From the IMG/VR virus record IMGVR_UViG_3300042890_002891, positions 66,831 through 130,830 of that record: a stretch of 64,000 bases of DNA. One strand, given 5' to 3'. Source of the DNA: a virus (Duplodnaviria > Heunggongvirae > Uroviricota > Caudoviricetes). Below the pieces are notes generated by a model, which searched no databases, was not told the DNA's origin, and was given only the letters and a program-made list of their open reading frames with translations. The translations under genes and the position numbers were made by a program. Of this stretch, positions 52,760 to 63,540 are shown piece after piece (position 1 is the stretch's first letter; every line of letters starts with the position of its first letter).

Positions 52760-55419
52760 TCAAACGAAAACAAACTTGTGAATGTATTTTCAGTATTGGT
52801 TGCAGATGCAAGATCCCACTCCAGTACTCCCAGCAAGTTGTCAATCTTTTGATCCACAACCGTGGCCTCCATCAGCCCATCATCGAACGGCAGTTCTGTA
52901 AACCAGACAGGCAAGCGTTGTTCATCTGTGGGATATCCAATTGATGTCCAACCCAGCGCATTTGACTTGAGCTTGCACACAATGGTCTTCATGCCGTCTA
53001 CAATCTGCATGCTGTAGTTGTCGCTGTTCATTCGTCGCAGGTTGTTCCAGTTCATGGCTGCTCTAACATGTCCTGGCATGTTGGCTCGACCCTGGGCAGC
53101 TTCTGCAGCACCATACTTGGTCAAGTTGTTCACACGCTTGGGCGAACCCTTCTCCCAGCCCGGCCGCTCCATGAATTCATACTTGAACTTGCGAATATGT
53201 TCAATCACGTCGTCACGTTGCACACCACTCAGTATCTTGTTTAGAATTTCCAACAAGAACTCTTGAATAACCTTGGGTGTGTCCGAACGTTTTAGATCCA
53301 GGCCAGTGGCCTTGGTCTTGCCAATCTTGCCGTTCACATCCAGTCGATTGCCTTCAAGGTCAATGATGTTCACAGCATAACGCTTCTTGGTAATAAACAG
53401 GCTGCGGTCTGCTACCATCTCACGACCACACTTGATCAGTTCGCCCATATCCCGCGGACAATGGAATGCCTGTTCCATGAAGCCTGGAAACGAATCATTC
53501 ACTTGATCAGCAATCGAATCATACAGTTGAATACAAGTTTCTTTGCTCCACTCCATACGACCTTCTGCAACTTCGTTTTTCAACACAGACCAAGCACTGA
53601 AATAACATGAATCTGTGTCACCATAGATAACTGCTGCACCCACATGATCATATTCACCAGTGATACATTCATTGATGTATGCATCCATGTGTCTAGCAAT
53701 AGCACGACCAGTCAGTGTGGTTGATTGTCCAATGCGCTTGTCAAAGAATCTGCAACCTGGATTCAAAATAGCACCATACAAACTGTTCAAGTTGATCTTC
53801 TTGACCAGTTGTCGCTTGTCCCAGAACGCAATGTCCTTGGGATCTGTTGCTGCTTTTTTCTTGGCCTGCATGTCCTTGCGTTCTGAATACCAACGTTCCA
53901 GCAAGCCGGGAATGATACCTTTTTTCTCATAGGTAAGAATAGTGCCATTGGCAGTGAGTATCCAGGGCTGGTGGCTGTCAAAGATCAGTTTCCAGATCTC
54001 TGCTGCTGAGTGAGTGCTTTCAGAGCCGTCCTGCCAGTCAATGGTGATTTCAGTTCCTACCTCTGTGTTCATCACAGCGGTATATTCAAGACTGCCAAAC
54101 AGGTTCTCCCAGGCATCTGCAAACTTGCCTCCGTTCTTGGCCATCTTTTCTCGAATGTAATGATCAGTCATGGTCTGCCGCAACTGCCCCACAATGGTTT
54201 CCGGACCCATGTTCTGTGCTCTAATGGCCGAAGGATACAGACTGTTGATGTCAACTGACCCTACCCATTCATGCAGACCTTTTTTGGGATATGCAACATA
54301 AGCACCTGCTGCTTGATTGTCTTCCGTGTCGTTGCGTTGCTTGCGGTTGGGCACAACAAATCCACGTTCATGTGCTTCCACAATGATGGCCTGTTCAGTC
54401 ACTGCCACAGCACCCATTGTGGTCTGCAACAGCACAGTGTTGGCATGTGCCAGTTCATTGGCCAGTTCCAGAAAGCGCAGTTTCTTGTCCAGTTTGTCCA
54501 GCAGTGCAGTATCTTGACGATTGTATTCAATAAACTTCTTGAAGTGTTGATTATACAACTGATCCAGAGTGCCTTCGAACTGTGTCTTAGTCTCTCCCAG
54601 TTCGTATTCAGCAATGGCATCCAGACTGTAGCTGTGACGTTCTTCATAGGTGTACTTGCGATACAACTGCATATAGTCCATGTGTACTCGGCCCACTAGG
54701 TCATAGGTTTCTTGTTCAGCACCAAAGCGTTCAAACATACGCTTCTTGGGATGTTGCCCCCAGAGACAGAACTTGCGAGTGTCATCCTTGCTGAGAACTC
54801 GGATGGTTCTATTGATAGTGTAAGGAATATCGTAGCCCTCTGAGTTCCAACCACTCAGCACGTCTGCATCGTCAATCAAGTCCAGGAACATCTTGATCAT
54901 GTCACGCTCGTCTTCAAACAAGAACGTGTTTTCAAAGTCAGCCACCAGTTCTTGTGCAGTAGCCATGCTCATGTGCTTGGGTGGCACAGCCATGGTGACC
55001 ATTTGATCCAGCCAGTTCAGGTAAACAGAAATAGCAGTGATGGGATTGAACGGATCATCCACAGGTGAGAATCCACGATCCTTGTTGAAGTCTACCTCAA
55101 TGTCAAAAAATGCTGTGTGCAGATCCGGAGCATCCTGCCCCTTGTAGTTGTCCTCTAAACAACGAAAGATTGGATTGATGTCACTTTCATACAACTGCTT
55201 GCCTGAATGCATGCTGACTTCTTTGCGAAACTCTTTGTTGTTTCTTGTGCTGAACCTTGACACTGGTGTGTCATAGATGCTGCGATGTTTGCCTCTGGGG
55301 TCATCGTAGTAGAACACAAAGTTTGCGGGGTATTCTCTGTAGACTCGAGTGCCATTGCGGCGTTCCACCACGTGAATGCGATCGTGGGCACGATCAAAAA
55401 GACTGTCAATATAACTCAT
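52756..55419 (-). CDS. family B DNA polymerase
   Basis: FFDIE exo I, GWNS..YD, SVDINSLYPS, KINLNSLYG, YGDTDS, KKRY. Confidence 0.97.
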   Translation of the reverse strand: MSYIDSLFDRAHDRIHVVERRNGTRVYREYPANFVFYYDDPRGKHRSIYDTPVSRFSTRNNKEFRKEVSMHSGKQLYESDINPIFRCLEDNYKGQDAPDLHTAFFDIEVDFNKDRGFSPVDDPFNPITAISVYLNWLDQMVTMAVPPKHMSMATAQELVADFENTFLFEDERDMIKMFLDLIDDADVLSGWNSEGYDIPYTINRTIRVLSKDDTRKFCLWGQHPKKRMFERFGAEQETYDLVGRVHMDYMQLYRKYTYEERHSYSLDAIAEYELGETKTQFEGTLDQLYNQHFKKFIEYNRQDTALLDKLDKKLRFLELANELAHANTVLLQTTMGAVAVTEQAIIVEAHERGFVVPNRKQRNDTEDNQAAGAYVAYPKKGLHEWVGSVDINSLYPSAIRAQNMGPETIVGQLRQTMTDHYIREKMAKNGGKFADAWENLFGSLEYTAVMNTEVGTEITIDWQDGSESTHSAAEIWKLIFDSHQPWILTANGTILTYEKKGIIPGLLERWYSERKDMQAKKKAATDPKDIAFWDKRQLVKKINLNSLYGAILNPGCRFFDKRIGQSTTLTGRAIARHMDAYINECITGEYDHVGAAVIYGDTDSCYFSAWSVLKNEVAEGRMEWSKETCIQLYDSIADQVNDSFPGFMEQAFHCPRDMGELIKCGREMVADRSLFITKKRYAVNIIDLEGNRLDVNGKIGKTKATGLDLKRSDTPKVIQEFLLEILNKILSGVQRDDVIEHIRKFKYEFMERPGWEKGSPKRVNNLTKYGAAEAAQGRANMPGHVRAAMNWNNLRRMNSDNYSMQIVDGMKTIVCKLKSNALGWTSIGYPTDEQRLPVWFTELPFDDGLMEATVVDQKIDNLLGVLEWDLASATNTENTFTSLFSFE

Positions 55420-55489
55420 GTATCTCCGTTTATGGCCGGTAAGCCGTGTTGCTTGCCCGTAACGTGGGCGACTCGTTGTAACGCAATAT

Positions 55490-55750
55490 TTATAATGTCT
55501 TGCCCACTGTGGTGAGAATTGTTTCCAACAGTTCATGATCTTGTTGTTCTTGCCCAAAGCTGGCCTTGTGTGCCATGCGAATTGCTTTTTTCAGCACAGC
55601 TGGCTTGATTTCCAGTTCCTCTGCAATGGCCTTGACTGTGTCGGTGAGCCCGCCTTGCAAGGTATCAATCTCGTGCATGACCTGCATGCCTTCATTGATG
55701 ATCTGGGTGAGTTTGATTTTTTGGTCGCCGTTGAATGTTTTGTTTTCCAT
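55490..55750 (-). CDS. small helical DNA-binding-like protein
   Basis: Coiled coil plus helix-turn-helix-like segment upstream of the polymerase. Confidence 0.55.
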   Translation of the reverse strand: MENKTFNGDQKIKLTQIINEGMQVMHEIDTLQGGLTDTVKAIAEELEIKPAVLKKAIRMAHKASFGQEQQDHELLETILTTVGKTL

Positions 55751-55851
55751 GAGAATCTCCTAAAGTAGTCAGCTAGTATAACTGATACAGTAGGAGATGT
55801 CAAGATGTTGTTGCTCACTTTAGGATTCCCAGTAGACGCGATAAATAAAAT

Positions 55852-56433
55852 ATGACAGAATTTAAACCTACCTTCCTATACGTTAAGCAACATAATGTCA
55901 CCGGAATGAAATATTTTGGAAAAACTGTTGCCAATGACCCTATAAAATATAAAGGATCTGGGAAGCTCTGGCTGCGTCATATTAAGAAGCATGGGAATAA
56001 TGTAACAACAATTTGGTATCAACTATTCACAGATAAGAAATCTATAGTAGAGTATGCTTTAAGTTTTTCTAAAGAACAACAAATAGTAGAATCTAAGGAT
56101 TGGGCAAATCTAATGCCCGAAAATGGGTTGCTGGGCAGTGGCGTAAAGGGTATTAAGATAAATCGCACCCCGGAACATAATAAAAAAATAAGCGATGCAA
56201 TGAGAAAGCGTAGTTTAGAAAAAAATGGATTTATAAAAAAAGATCAGCCTAAGGTTGAAAAAGGAAAATCTAAAGGTGGATGGAAATGGAAATCGGAAGT
56301 CAAGTTAAAACATTCCCAATTACAAGCAAGAATAGTTAAAAGAAGAATGTGCTGCATACATTGTCGAATCGAGAGCGGGATCGGTAACATAGATCAATGG
56401 CACGGTGATAAATGTAAAATGAAACCGGTTTAG
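55852..56433 (+). mobile_element. GIY-YIG (Seg-like) homing endonuclease gene
   Basis: LYVKQH..TG.KYFGKT...YKGSG..W..H; AT-rich, opposite strand, TAAATA box, flanked by an AGTAG direct repeat. Confidence 0.85.
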
Positions 56434-56490
56434 ATCATCTGAGTAGCGAATTCATTTGATCAAGGCCCGGCTTCCCGCCTGCCCTCGCAA

Positions 56491-57645
56491 CTAGTGCGGT
56501 CCTAAGGGTGTTCTCAAAGTCATTTGTTCAAGTACGCTGGTTAATTTTGTTCGTGTTCTGTTTTCATACCAACTGTATATATTCCTAATTGTATCAACAT
56601 TGCTAATAAAGCGTGATCTGCACTGTTTCCATTGTGATTTGGCGTGTTCGGTATCAAGCAACAGTGTTCGATTGAGTTCAATGGCTGCGACTATGCGGTC
56701 AAACGGGTTGGCAATAGTATCATAACTATGATCAACTACATCATCAAACATGTCAAACCCAAGTTCTCTAAGGTGAGATATGATACCACACCCACCGAGG
56801 ATAATTGGAAAATTACAACCATAAAAACTATGTGCAGTTTTTTCAGTGATCATGAATGATGGCGCTGCAAATACAGACTCACTCACTATTTCTACAAAAC
56901 TGTCCTGATACATGGCTCGCAATCTGTTTTCAAAATTCCCAGCATTGTCAGTGGCACCTTGGCCATATTCCTGATAGATATTGTAGCTGTCCAGATTGAT
57001 AGCATTGTTATTTTTTACATGATCAAATCCACGGAGTATAGATTCTCGTATGACATCATGTGTTGGTCCAAACTGCCAGCCCACTGTGTCTAAAAATGAC
57101 TGCGGCATGCCATTGGGGTTGTTCAAATAGGTTATCACACCTGTGCGATTGTACTCCTGACCAAACAAATAACTCAATGCAACCAATCTATGAGCACGTA
57201 CATGTCTGTTTAGACTGATATAGGTGTTGTCACTGTCAAAGTTTTTGTCCAGCACCGGTTCTATCAAACTGTATTCAGCACGTTGATTTGTCCAGTCACC
57301 GCCCCAGGCAATGATATGCAGATTAGGCTCACTGAGTTCGTTCTCTAATTGTTCTACACTGGTAAACAATACTATTTGTGTGTCAGGATGACGACGAGCA
57401 AATCCTTCAATACTGATAACTCCTGATTGTTGACGATCCTGCCACCAGTTGAATTCACTCCATCCATGCAACATATCCTTGATTCCCACAAACACCACTG
57501 GAGACTGGCATTGTGCGCTTTGCAAAAATCTATCCATGGCCAGTGTATCACAACTCCACAGATAGTAACTTTCATTGTTGCCCACTAGTTCTTGAAATAG
57601 TGGTAAACTACAATCATCATACACTGCTTGGCTTATTACATACAT
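56491..57645 (-). CDS. putative glycosyltransferase-like protein
   Basis: SLN...R.HR, EIV.E, ITEKT, LR.LGF..F, D.SYD. Confidence 0.55.
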   Translation of the reverse strand: MYVISQAVYDDCSLPLFQELVGNNESYYLWSCDTLAMDRFLQSAQCQSPVVFVGIKDMLHGWSEFNWWQDRQQSGVISIEGFARRHPDTQIVLFTSVEQLENELSEPNLHIIAWGGDWTNQRAEYSLIEPVLDKNFDSDNTYISLNRHVRAHRLVALSYLFGQEYNRTGVITYLNNPNGMPQSFLDTVGWQFGPTHDVIRESILRGFDHVKNNNAINLDSYNIYQEYGQGATDNAGNFENRLRAMYQDSFVEIVSESVFAAPSFMITEKTAHSFYGCNFPIILGGCGIISHLRELGFDMFDDVVDHSYDTIANPFDRIVAAIELNRTLLLDTEHAKSQWKQCRSRFISNVDTIRNIYSWYENRTRTKLTSVLEQMTLRTPLGPH

Positions 57646-58283
57646 TAGATTTGTCCTGCCACACGAACTGAATACCAGTCTTGCCGTAGCTGCCGCGCCT
57701 GCTCCAACATTGGTTCAATATTCATTTGATTGCACACCAACATGTATTCTTCCACAAAGGCCTGTTCACTTGCCAACATCTTGGTTAAATTTATAGATTT
57801 CATATGGTATTGTTTTTTGTAGTTTTCAAACAGTTGATTTTCGTTGCCACGTGTATCAAATCCTAATTTTTCTTGTTGACCGGATACCCATGCTCCCCAT
57901 TGGTCTAAATCAAGGTCTACATAATAAAATTCAGTTGGATCTATGTTCACAAAATAATTTTCAAATTCTCCCGGATGTACCGGCAACACTATTCTAGAAT
58001 AGTGCAGCCCACAAAATACATTGAGCAGTCTATACTGTGCATTTTCTAAAAAATCAGCATGAGCTCTATGAAACTGTTGCCAACTGTCAAATTCTTGAGT
58101 TACTTGACCAAAGCGATAATTTTCCAATCTGTCAAAATTGTCAGGAACTGGCGTTCCTTGATCCAGGTGATGATCCAGTTGGTCTTTTCGCAGCAGCGGC
58201 ATGGTGTCTTCTCCTAGAGAAAACAATCTGGCTAGAAAGTTGCCTGCATGCCCGGGCAGATACAACAAGATCACAGTCTTCAT
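57645..58283 (-). CDS. hypothetical protein (sulfotransferase-like P-loop)
   Basis: Y.PG.AGNFL. Confidence 0.5.
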   Translation of the reverse strand: MKTVILLYLPGHAGNFLARLFSLGEDTMPLLRKDQLDHHLDQGTPVPDNFDRLENYRFGQVTQEFDSWQQFHRAHADFLENAQYRLLNVFCGLHYSRIVLPVHPGEFENYFVNIDPTEFYYVDLDLDQWGAWVSGQQEKLGFDTRGNENQLFENYKKQYHMKSINLTKMLASEQAFVEEYMLVCNQMNIEPMLEQARQLRQDWYSVRVAGQI

Positions 58284-58290
58284 GCTCTAC

Positions 58291-58914
58291 TTATAGGTGC
58301 ATGAGCCGCAGAGATTTTTTAGATTGTAGCCGAATCCAGTGATCCAGGAATTTGAGTTGATGTGTATTGGGAGGATCTATTATATTTTTTCCGTGGGCAA
58401 ACTCTTTGAGGTTTATAATCTGGTCTGGAGAATACTCTTGAATTATTTTGGGCACCGCCGGATCAACTGGCTGTCCGTTGAATGTGTCTGCATCCTTGAT
58501 AATTTGTCTTAGGTAGACTTGATTGTTATCCGGAGCATGGGTGCATCGTCTAGTCTCATCTGTAAACCACCAGGCCTGTTTTTCCCAAGCCAGTCTCAGT
58601 TGCAGGTGCAGGTCGGCATATAGAAAAATCTTAAAGGTATCATTGGGTATTGACCGATTGTAATCACCCCAGAATGGATTGCACACCAGGAACAGCTTGC
58701 GGCCTGCTAGTTGTTTTAATTCATGATTGTTGGGCCAGATTTCTTGGGTTTTCCATTGGCTACGATCACGCATCAATTCTGGTGAGAACTGATGGTTGAT
58801 CATTTCCCACGTTTCATCGATGCTGTGTTGAAAATTGCCGGACAACAATAGATAGTAATACAACGCAAAACCGCCGGACCCACCTTGATAAAGGATGCAA
58901 ACGTCTTGTGTCAA
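58291..58914 (-). CDS. hypothetical protein
   Basis: Y.GGSGGF N-terminal loop. Confidence 0.5.
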   Translation of the reverse strand: MTQDVCILYQGGSGGFALYYYLLLSGNFQHSIDETWEMINHQFSPELMRDRSQWKTQEIWPNNHELKQLAGRKLFLVCNPFWGDYNRSIPNDTFKIFLYADLHLQLRLAWEKQAWWFTDETRRCTHAPDNNQVYLRQIIKDADTFNGQPVDPAVPKIIQEYSPDQIINLKEFAHGKNIIDPPNTHQLKFLDHWIRLQSKKSLRLMHL

Positions 58915-58917
58915 AGG

Positions 58918-61900
58918 TTACTGTGTTTTGATAATGCTGGCCATGAGTCTGAGTCTACTTTCGTGGACTGCTTGGGCTGACTGTTTGGCATCCTGATCAA
59001 ACTGTTTCTTTGTGGCCTTGACAATTCCGCTGAAGCGACGATCACCAGTTTTGCGATCACCTGCGGAATCAGCAGCAGTGGCAGCAGCACCGGCTTTGGT
59101 TTTGTATCTGGCAAGAGTAGCAGGGCTGAGTTCGTCTAGTTGTTTATTATCGGTTGCTGCGTCTTGCTGACCTGTTAGTGCTTGCAGCAATGCTCTAGCA
59201 ACCACACGATCTTTTTCTTGTTCATCGTCAGGCAACTGATCATAGTCAATGTTCATCAACTTTGCTCGTTGTTGAAGTTTTGCTTCTAGTTTGCCAGCGG
59301 CTCGTAATTTTTCTGTGTCATCAAATTGTTCAGGATTTTGCACAAATGCTTGAGCAGTGGTATTCCAACCTTGGTGAATGGCATCGCTGATGGCTTCGAT
59401 GTCTGTGACGCCTTGATCAATCATTTGTTTGGCATACGCAGCTGATTTCAAGTTTGCTTGCCATCCAAATGTGTTGCCAGGGCTACTACGACCATATCCG
59501 TATGCAGTATCCAGTGCTTCGTCACTGACAGTTGCCAGTTGTTGTACGCTTAACTGCTGGTCATTGCCTTCCGACACACCTCTACCTAGTTGTCTTAGAT
59601 CAGATGTCAGCACTGTTTTTGTAGTGGCACTGGACGGAATTGTGATACGAGCATGCTCTCGGTCCCGGCTCATGTCAACCACTTGTGCTTTTTGGTCAAT
59701 GTACCGTACTGTGTCACCTATCTGTATCTTTTTCATGGACACACCGCCAAGATTGACTGGTCGATCACCTGCATAGTTACCGTGGGCTTCTGAGATATCC
59801 TGTTCGGTCATTGAACTCATTTCAATGTAGCCTTTTTCTTGTGCGTCACTCCATCTGGCCCATTCACGATTATCTATTGACACTGTGGTTCTACCTGTAG
59901 TACCGGAGTACTCTGAGTTGTCATCGTACTTGGAACTGTTGATATCATCTACTGCTTGTGACCACTGTTTCTTATCATCAAAGAATTTTTTAGTTGGTGC
60001 TGATGGCAAATTGATGCCACGAGTTCCACCCATGTGATCCACATCAAACGGGAAGCTGCCTTTGAAGTTGTGGGCTTCTGCTATGCCTTGCTCGGGCAGT
60101 TGACCCGCAGGGCCTGCCATTTTGTTTCTTGCGCCGCGCTTGATTTTGTATTCACGGTTGGGACTAGTCAACTTCATATTACCCATGATCTCTCGGGCTT
60201 GGGCCACACTGTGATATGTTCCTTCTTTTTTGCCATCTCTATAAATGCTATACACATACTCTGCATCAGGAGTGTGTCCCAAGGTGTAGTTGACAGATCC
60301 ATCTGCGGCTGAGCCTTCCGCCACACCTTGCTGTTTAAGTTTAGCAGTAACTACTGGATTCTTACTTGTACCAAATCTTGCTACTGCTTTCTTGATTGCT
60401 TGTTCTTTAGTGCCACTGAAAGTCATAGTGTGTGATGTGCCACCTGTCTTGGTGCCAACTGTAACTACCCACTGTTGATCAGAGCCTTCCGCCACGCCTT
60501 GAGAAGCATTCTTTGAAATTTTGAAATACTTTTGTCCCTTGACAATATCAACTACATCCAACAGCCCTTTTTTATACAGGTAGTAATCAGTACCTTCCAT
60601 TCCAGCGACCCCACCTGGGCTTCGGGGATTTGGATCAATACCTGCTGCTCTTAACATATCTGCACGACTGCGAACTTTTCCATCCTGCATCACTCTCAAT
60701 ACTTTTTTCATTTTATCATTGATTGTGTTTGGAACTTTGGACAACCAAGAATCATAATTTATCTTGAGTTTGCCTTCCGCCATGTCTTGCTCTCCATCAG
60801 AGCTAAGAATAGATTCTAATTCATCTACTATTTTATCATATTGAGGTGTGCCGTCAATTTCCTCGGGATTAGTGATAACTCCAGTTACATAAACCATTGC
60901 TCTATAGAACTCAGGGCTATCATCAACTGCGGCCTTTACTTCAGGAACAGTTTTATAGATTTGAACCATCTTTCTTGCCAAGCCACGGTATTTGTTATTA
61001 ATGTCTATTACTGTGCCTTCCGCCACACCCTGCTCATCCAACTCATCATCTGTTCCCATGCGGTCATCTTCGAGTCCTGCTATGTCTGCTGCACCGCCTG
61101 CGTCTCCGGCTGTTTGTTGTATGGCCGACCATAGGCGCAGTGGAGCAACCAGATCATCACCGCGAAATTCAATGTGGTCACCAAAGCGATCCATCACAGC
61201 ATAGTAAGCAGGTTCAGAGTCAATGAAAAATTTCACTTCATCATCAGATCTGGCACCCTGCAGATTGTCTTGCGATTCAAATTGGTCTGCATCTTTAGCG
61301 ACTCTACGCTCACTGCCTTGAGCAGGGAAACCTTGTTGTGATTGTTGGGTCGGTTGTTGAATTTTTTGTGCTGCTGGATTGGATAATTTTGCTGCTGCTG
61401 CTTTTGTTTGAGCGATGGTCATCCAGGTGTTTCGCTGTCTACTGTCCATGGGTTGACCTCGTTCTGCAACCATTTGGGCGTAAATTTCTTTAGCCAGGGC
61501 ATTTACATCTTGATTTTGTTGTATGCGAGGATCATCTCGACGCATATTAAAAAGGTCAGACGTGGTATCTTTGGCCATGACTTGCTCGTCTAAATTCCTA
61601 AAAAAGCCGTGCCATATTTTGTTGCCATTATTGACATGTATGTCTGTTATCATAAACCCTGTATTACTGATGCCCAGGTCTTCCAACCAAGAATCAAATT
61701 CAAAAATAGCACTATCTTGATCTCGACGAGCCAATTGAGTAAACCGTTTTTGGTCCACATCTGCCAGCCACTTGTTTCCCAGGCCAGATCTTACAGAATT
61801 TAGTAGTTTAATTAATTCTTCATCAGTTAGTTTAAAAACGCCACCGTCTCCACCGCCATTACCATCGTGATTGCTATCACTGCTGGGTGCAAATTCGTTT

Positions 61901-62421
61901 AATCGGCCTTTTGCCATACCTTGCTCTTTGAGAGCACCGTAATTTTTTAGTAGCATGTTAGCGCCCTGAACAAAATCAGCATCAATTTGATACAGCATTT
62001 TTACTAGTTCTTGGTGTTGGCGAGCAGCCAGGGCCGGTTCAGGACTGTAGGATCTGTTACCTGACATTATTCTATTAGATGCAGTGTCACGAGAACGTGC
62101 AATACGATCATATTCTTTTCTAAATTCTGGATTTGAAAAACTGAATTTATCTGCTGTGCTCCGCACTCGTTGATATTCAGCTCTTGCTGCTGGGTTTTGA
62201 AGCTGTGCGGGACCACCTGCTGGTGCTACTGGAGTTGACCCCATTGGCGGTTCTGTTGCGTCATCATCATCATCTGTTGCTGTTGCTGGTGCTGCTGCTG
62301 AAGTGTTTACACCTGGTAAGTTTTGCAAGTTTGGGTAAATTGGATTACCGTTGGCGTCAAAGGTCACACGTTCCGTTAGGTTGTCGGTGGAGTTAGGTTT
62401 GAAAAATTCGTCAAGTATCAT
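58918..62421 (-). CDS. large modular putative virion protein with QGVAEG linker repeats and a RyR-like domain
   Basis: About 9 (Q)G(V/M/I)AE(G/A)-type linkers; H..W...YDQLPDDEQEKDR RyR-domain motif. Confidence 0.7.
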   Translation of the reverse strand: MILDEFFKPNSTDNLTERVTFDANGNPIYPNLQNLPGVNTSAAAPATATDDDDDATEPPMGSTPVAPAGGPAQLQNPAARAEYQRVRSTADKFSFSNPEFRKEYDRIARSRDTASNRIMSGNRSYSPEPALAARQHQELVKMLYQIDADFVQGANMLLKNYGALKEQGMAKGRLNEFAPSSDSNHDGNGGGDGGVFKLTDEELIKLLNSVRSGLGNKWLADVDQKRFTQLARRDQDSAIFEFDSWLEDLGISNTGFMITDIHVNNGNKIWHGFFRNLDEQVMAKDTTSDLFNMRRDDPRIQQNQDVNALAKEIYAQMVAERGQPMDSRQRNTWMTIAQTKAAAAKLSNPAAQKIQQPTQQSQQGFPAQGSERRVAKDADQFESQDNLQGARSDDEVKFFIDSEPAYYAVMDRFGDHIEFRGDDLVAPLRLWSAIQQTAGDAGGAADIAGLEDDRMGTDDELDEQGVAEGTVIDINNKYRGLARKMVQIYKTVPEVKAAVDDSPEFYRAMVYVTGVITNPEEIDGTPQYDKIVDELESILSSDGEQDMAEGKLKINYDSWLSKVPNTINDKMKKVLRVMQDGKVRSRADMLRAAGIDPNPRSPGGVAGMEGTDYYLYKKGLLDVVDIVKGQKYFKISKNASQGVAEGSDQQWVVTVGTKTGGTSHTMTFSGTKEQAIKKAVARFGTSKNPVVTAKLKQQGVAEGSAADGSVNYTLGHTPDAEYVYSIYRDGKKEGTYHSVAQAREIMGNMKLTSPNREYKIKRGARNKMAGPAGQLPEQGIAEAHNFKGSFPFDVDHMGGTRGINLPSAPTKKFFDDKKQWSQAVDDINSSKYDDNSEYSGTTGRTTVSIDNREWARWSDAQEKGYIEMSSMTEQDISEAHGNYAGDRPVNLGGVSMKKIQIGDTVRYIDQKAQVVDMSRDREHARITIPSSATTKTVLTSDLRQLGRGVSEGNDQQLSVQQLATVSDEALDTAYGYGRSSPGNTFGWQANLKSAAYAKQMIDQGVTDIEAISDAIHQGWNTTAQAFVQNPEQFDDTEKLRAAGKLEAKLQQRAKLMNIDYDQLPDDEQEKDRVVARALLQALTGQQDAATDNKQLDELSPATLARYKTKAGAAATAADSAGDRKTGDRRFSGIVKATKKQFDQDAKQSAQAVHESRLRLMASIIKTQ

Positions 62422-62422
62422 G

Positions 62423-63103
62423 TTATGCTTCTTCTATGTAATCTGCTGAGGAATTTCTGGCAGCATTTTTTCTATGTGCCTGAAACATTCTCACGGCCAT
62501 GTCTGCTTCATCCAGACTTCTGAACCGACTGGGCAACACCCGACCCAGATGACGGATTTCAAAACCGCGCACCTGATCGCCATAACATTCCAGGCATGTG
62601 CCATCTTCCAGAGTGATAGTTTTTACAGGACCAGCTTCGGCCATCACAGGGTTGATTGTGGGCGGCGGAACATAGTCTTCACCGCTGGGTTCGTCTTGAG
62701 TGGGGTCTTCCGACACTTCTTGATCGTCGGCCTTGGCTGGATTACGGTCTTGTATTTCTTTGCTGGCCTTGCGTTCTAGTTCTTTTTTCTTGTCTTCCAG
62801 TTGATCCAGATACTGTGTAAGGTCTTTTCTGACCCGGCTCAGCATGTCTTCGTCAATCTCGGCCATGCGTTCGGCCAGTGCAGTCTGAGTGGGTACCACA
62901 TCATCTCCTACCATGTACCGGCCAAAGGGTTTGGATTGCTTGTTGCTGCCCAGCACCGGAGACACCGTTTCAGGCTTGAACAAGGCCGGCAATTGTGGCA
63001 CTGATTTTTGTTGTGCGTTGAGTCCCGATTTTGTTTTGACAGGAGTAATGTCTGACTCTATCACAGCCAGACGTTTTAGTATATTGGCGATGCTGTTGCT
63101 CAT
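62423..63103 (-). CDS. hypothetical (probably virion) protein
   Basis: ORF coupled in a late-type run. Confidence 0.6.
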   Translation of the reverse strand: MSNSIANILKRLAVIESDITPVKTKSGLNAQQKSVPQLPALFKPETVSPVLGSNKQSKPFGRYMVGDDVVPTQTALAERMAEIDEDMLSRVRKDLTQYLDQLEDKKKELERKASKEIQDRNPAKADDQEVSEDPTQDEPSGEDYVPPPTINPVMAEAGPVKTITLEDGTCLECYGDQVRGFEIRHLGRVLPSRFRSLDEADMAVRMFQAHRKNAARNSSADYIEEA

Positions 63104-63540
63104 GCTCTATTGTCTTTCAGATAACTACGCAATTGCCAATGATATTTTCCATGCTGACTTAGACGTCCTGCCACAAAGTCAGCAATACCCTGTTGATTTT
63201 CTTGTTCTGCTTCGGCAAAGCACTGATTCAACAGATCAATCATTTGTTGATTGTTGGCCAACAGTTCTTCAATCATGAGTCGAGCACGTGGTATTTTGGT
63301 CTGACCTGAAATTTGTGTAAGCTCGCCAAAACGTTCAAAACTGGCCGGTGCATACTCGTCAAGATATCTTATGTACTCGGCAACAGGATCTACGGCTGAA
63401 TACGCATCTTGGTAGATGTTCTGGAAAAAATCATGCAGTTCGCCAAAGTCCGGCCCTTCCACATTCCAGTGAAAGCCCTGGGCTTTTAGATAGTAGGCAA
63501 AGTTAGTTGCCAATAGAGTTTTTAAACTGTCCGCGAGCAT
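63100..63540 (-). CDS. dps: Dps / DNA-protecting ferritin-like protein
   Basis: K...FHWNV.GP.F..LH..F..Y....D..AE, H.K..W.L. Confidence 0.92.
   Translation of the reverse strand: MLADSLKTLLATNFAYYLKAQGFHWNVEGPDFGELHDFFQNIYQDAYSAVDPVAEYIRYLDEYAPASFERFGELTQISGQTKIPRARLMIEELLANNQQMIDLLNQCFAEAEQENQQGIADFVAGRLSQHGKYHWQLRSYLKDNRA

Noticed and set aside
52756-55419. Intein or intron in the DNA polymerase
   Set aside because: Continuous ORF of normal length with all exonuclease and polymerase motifs at the expected spacing.
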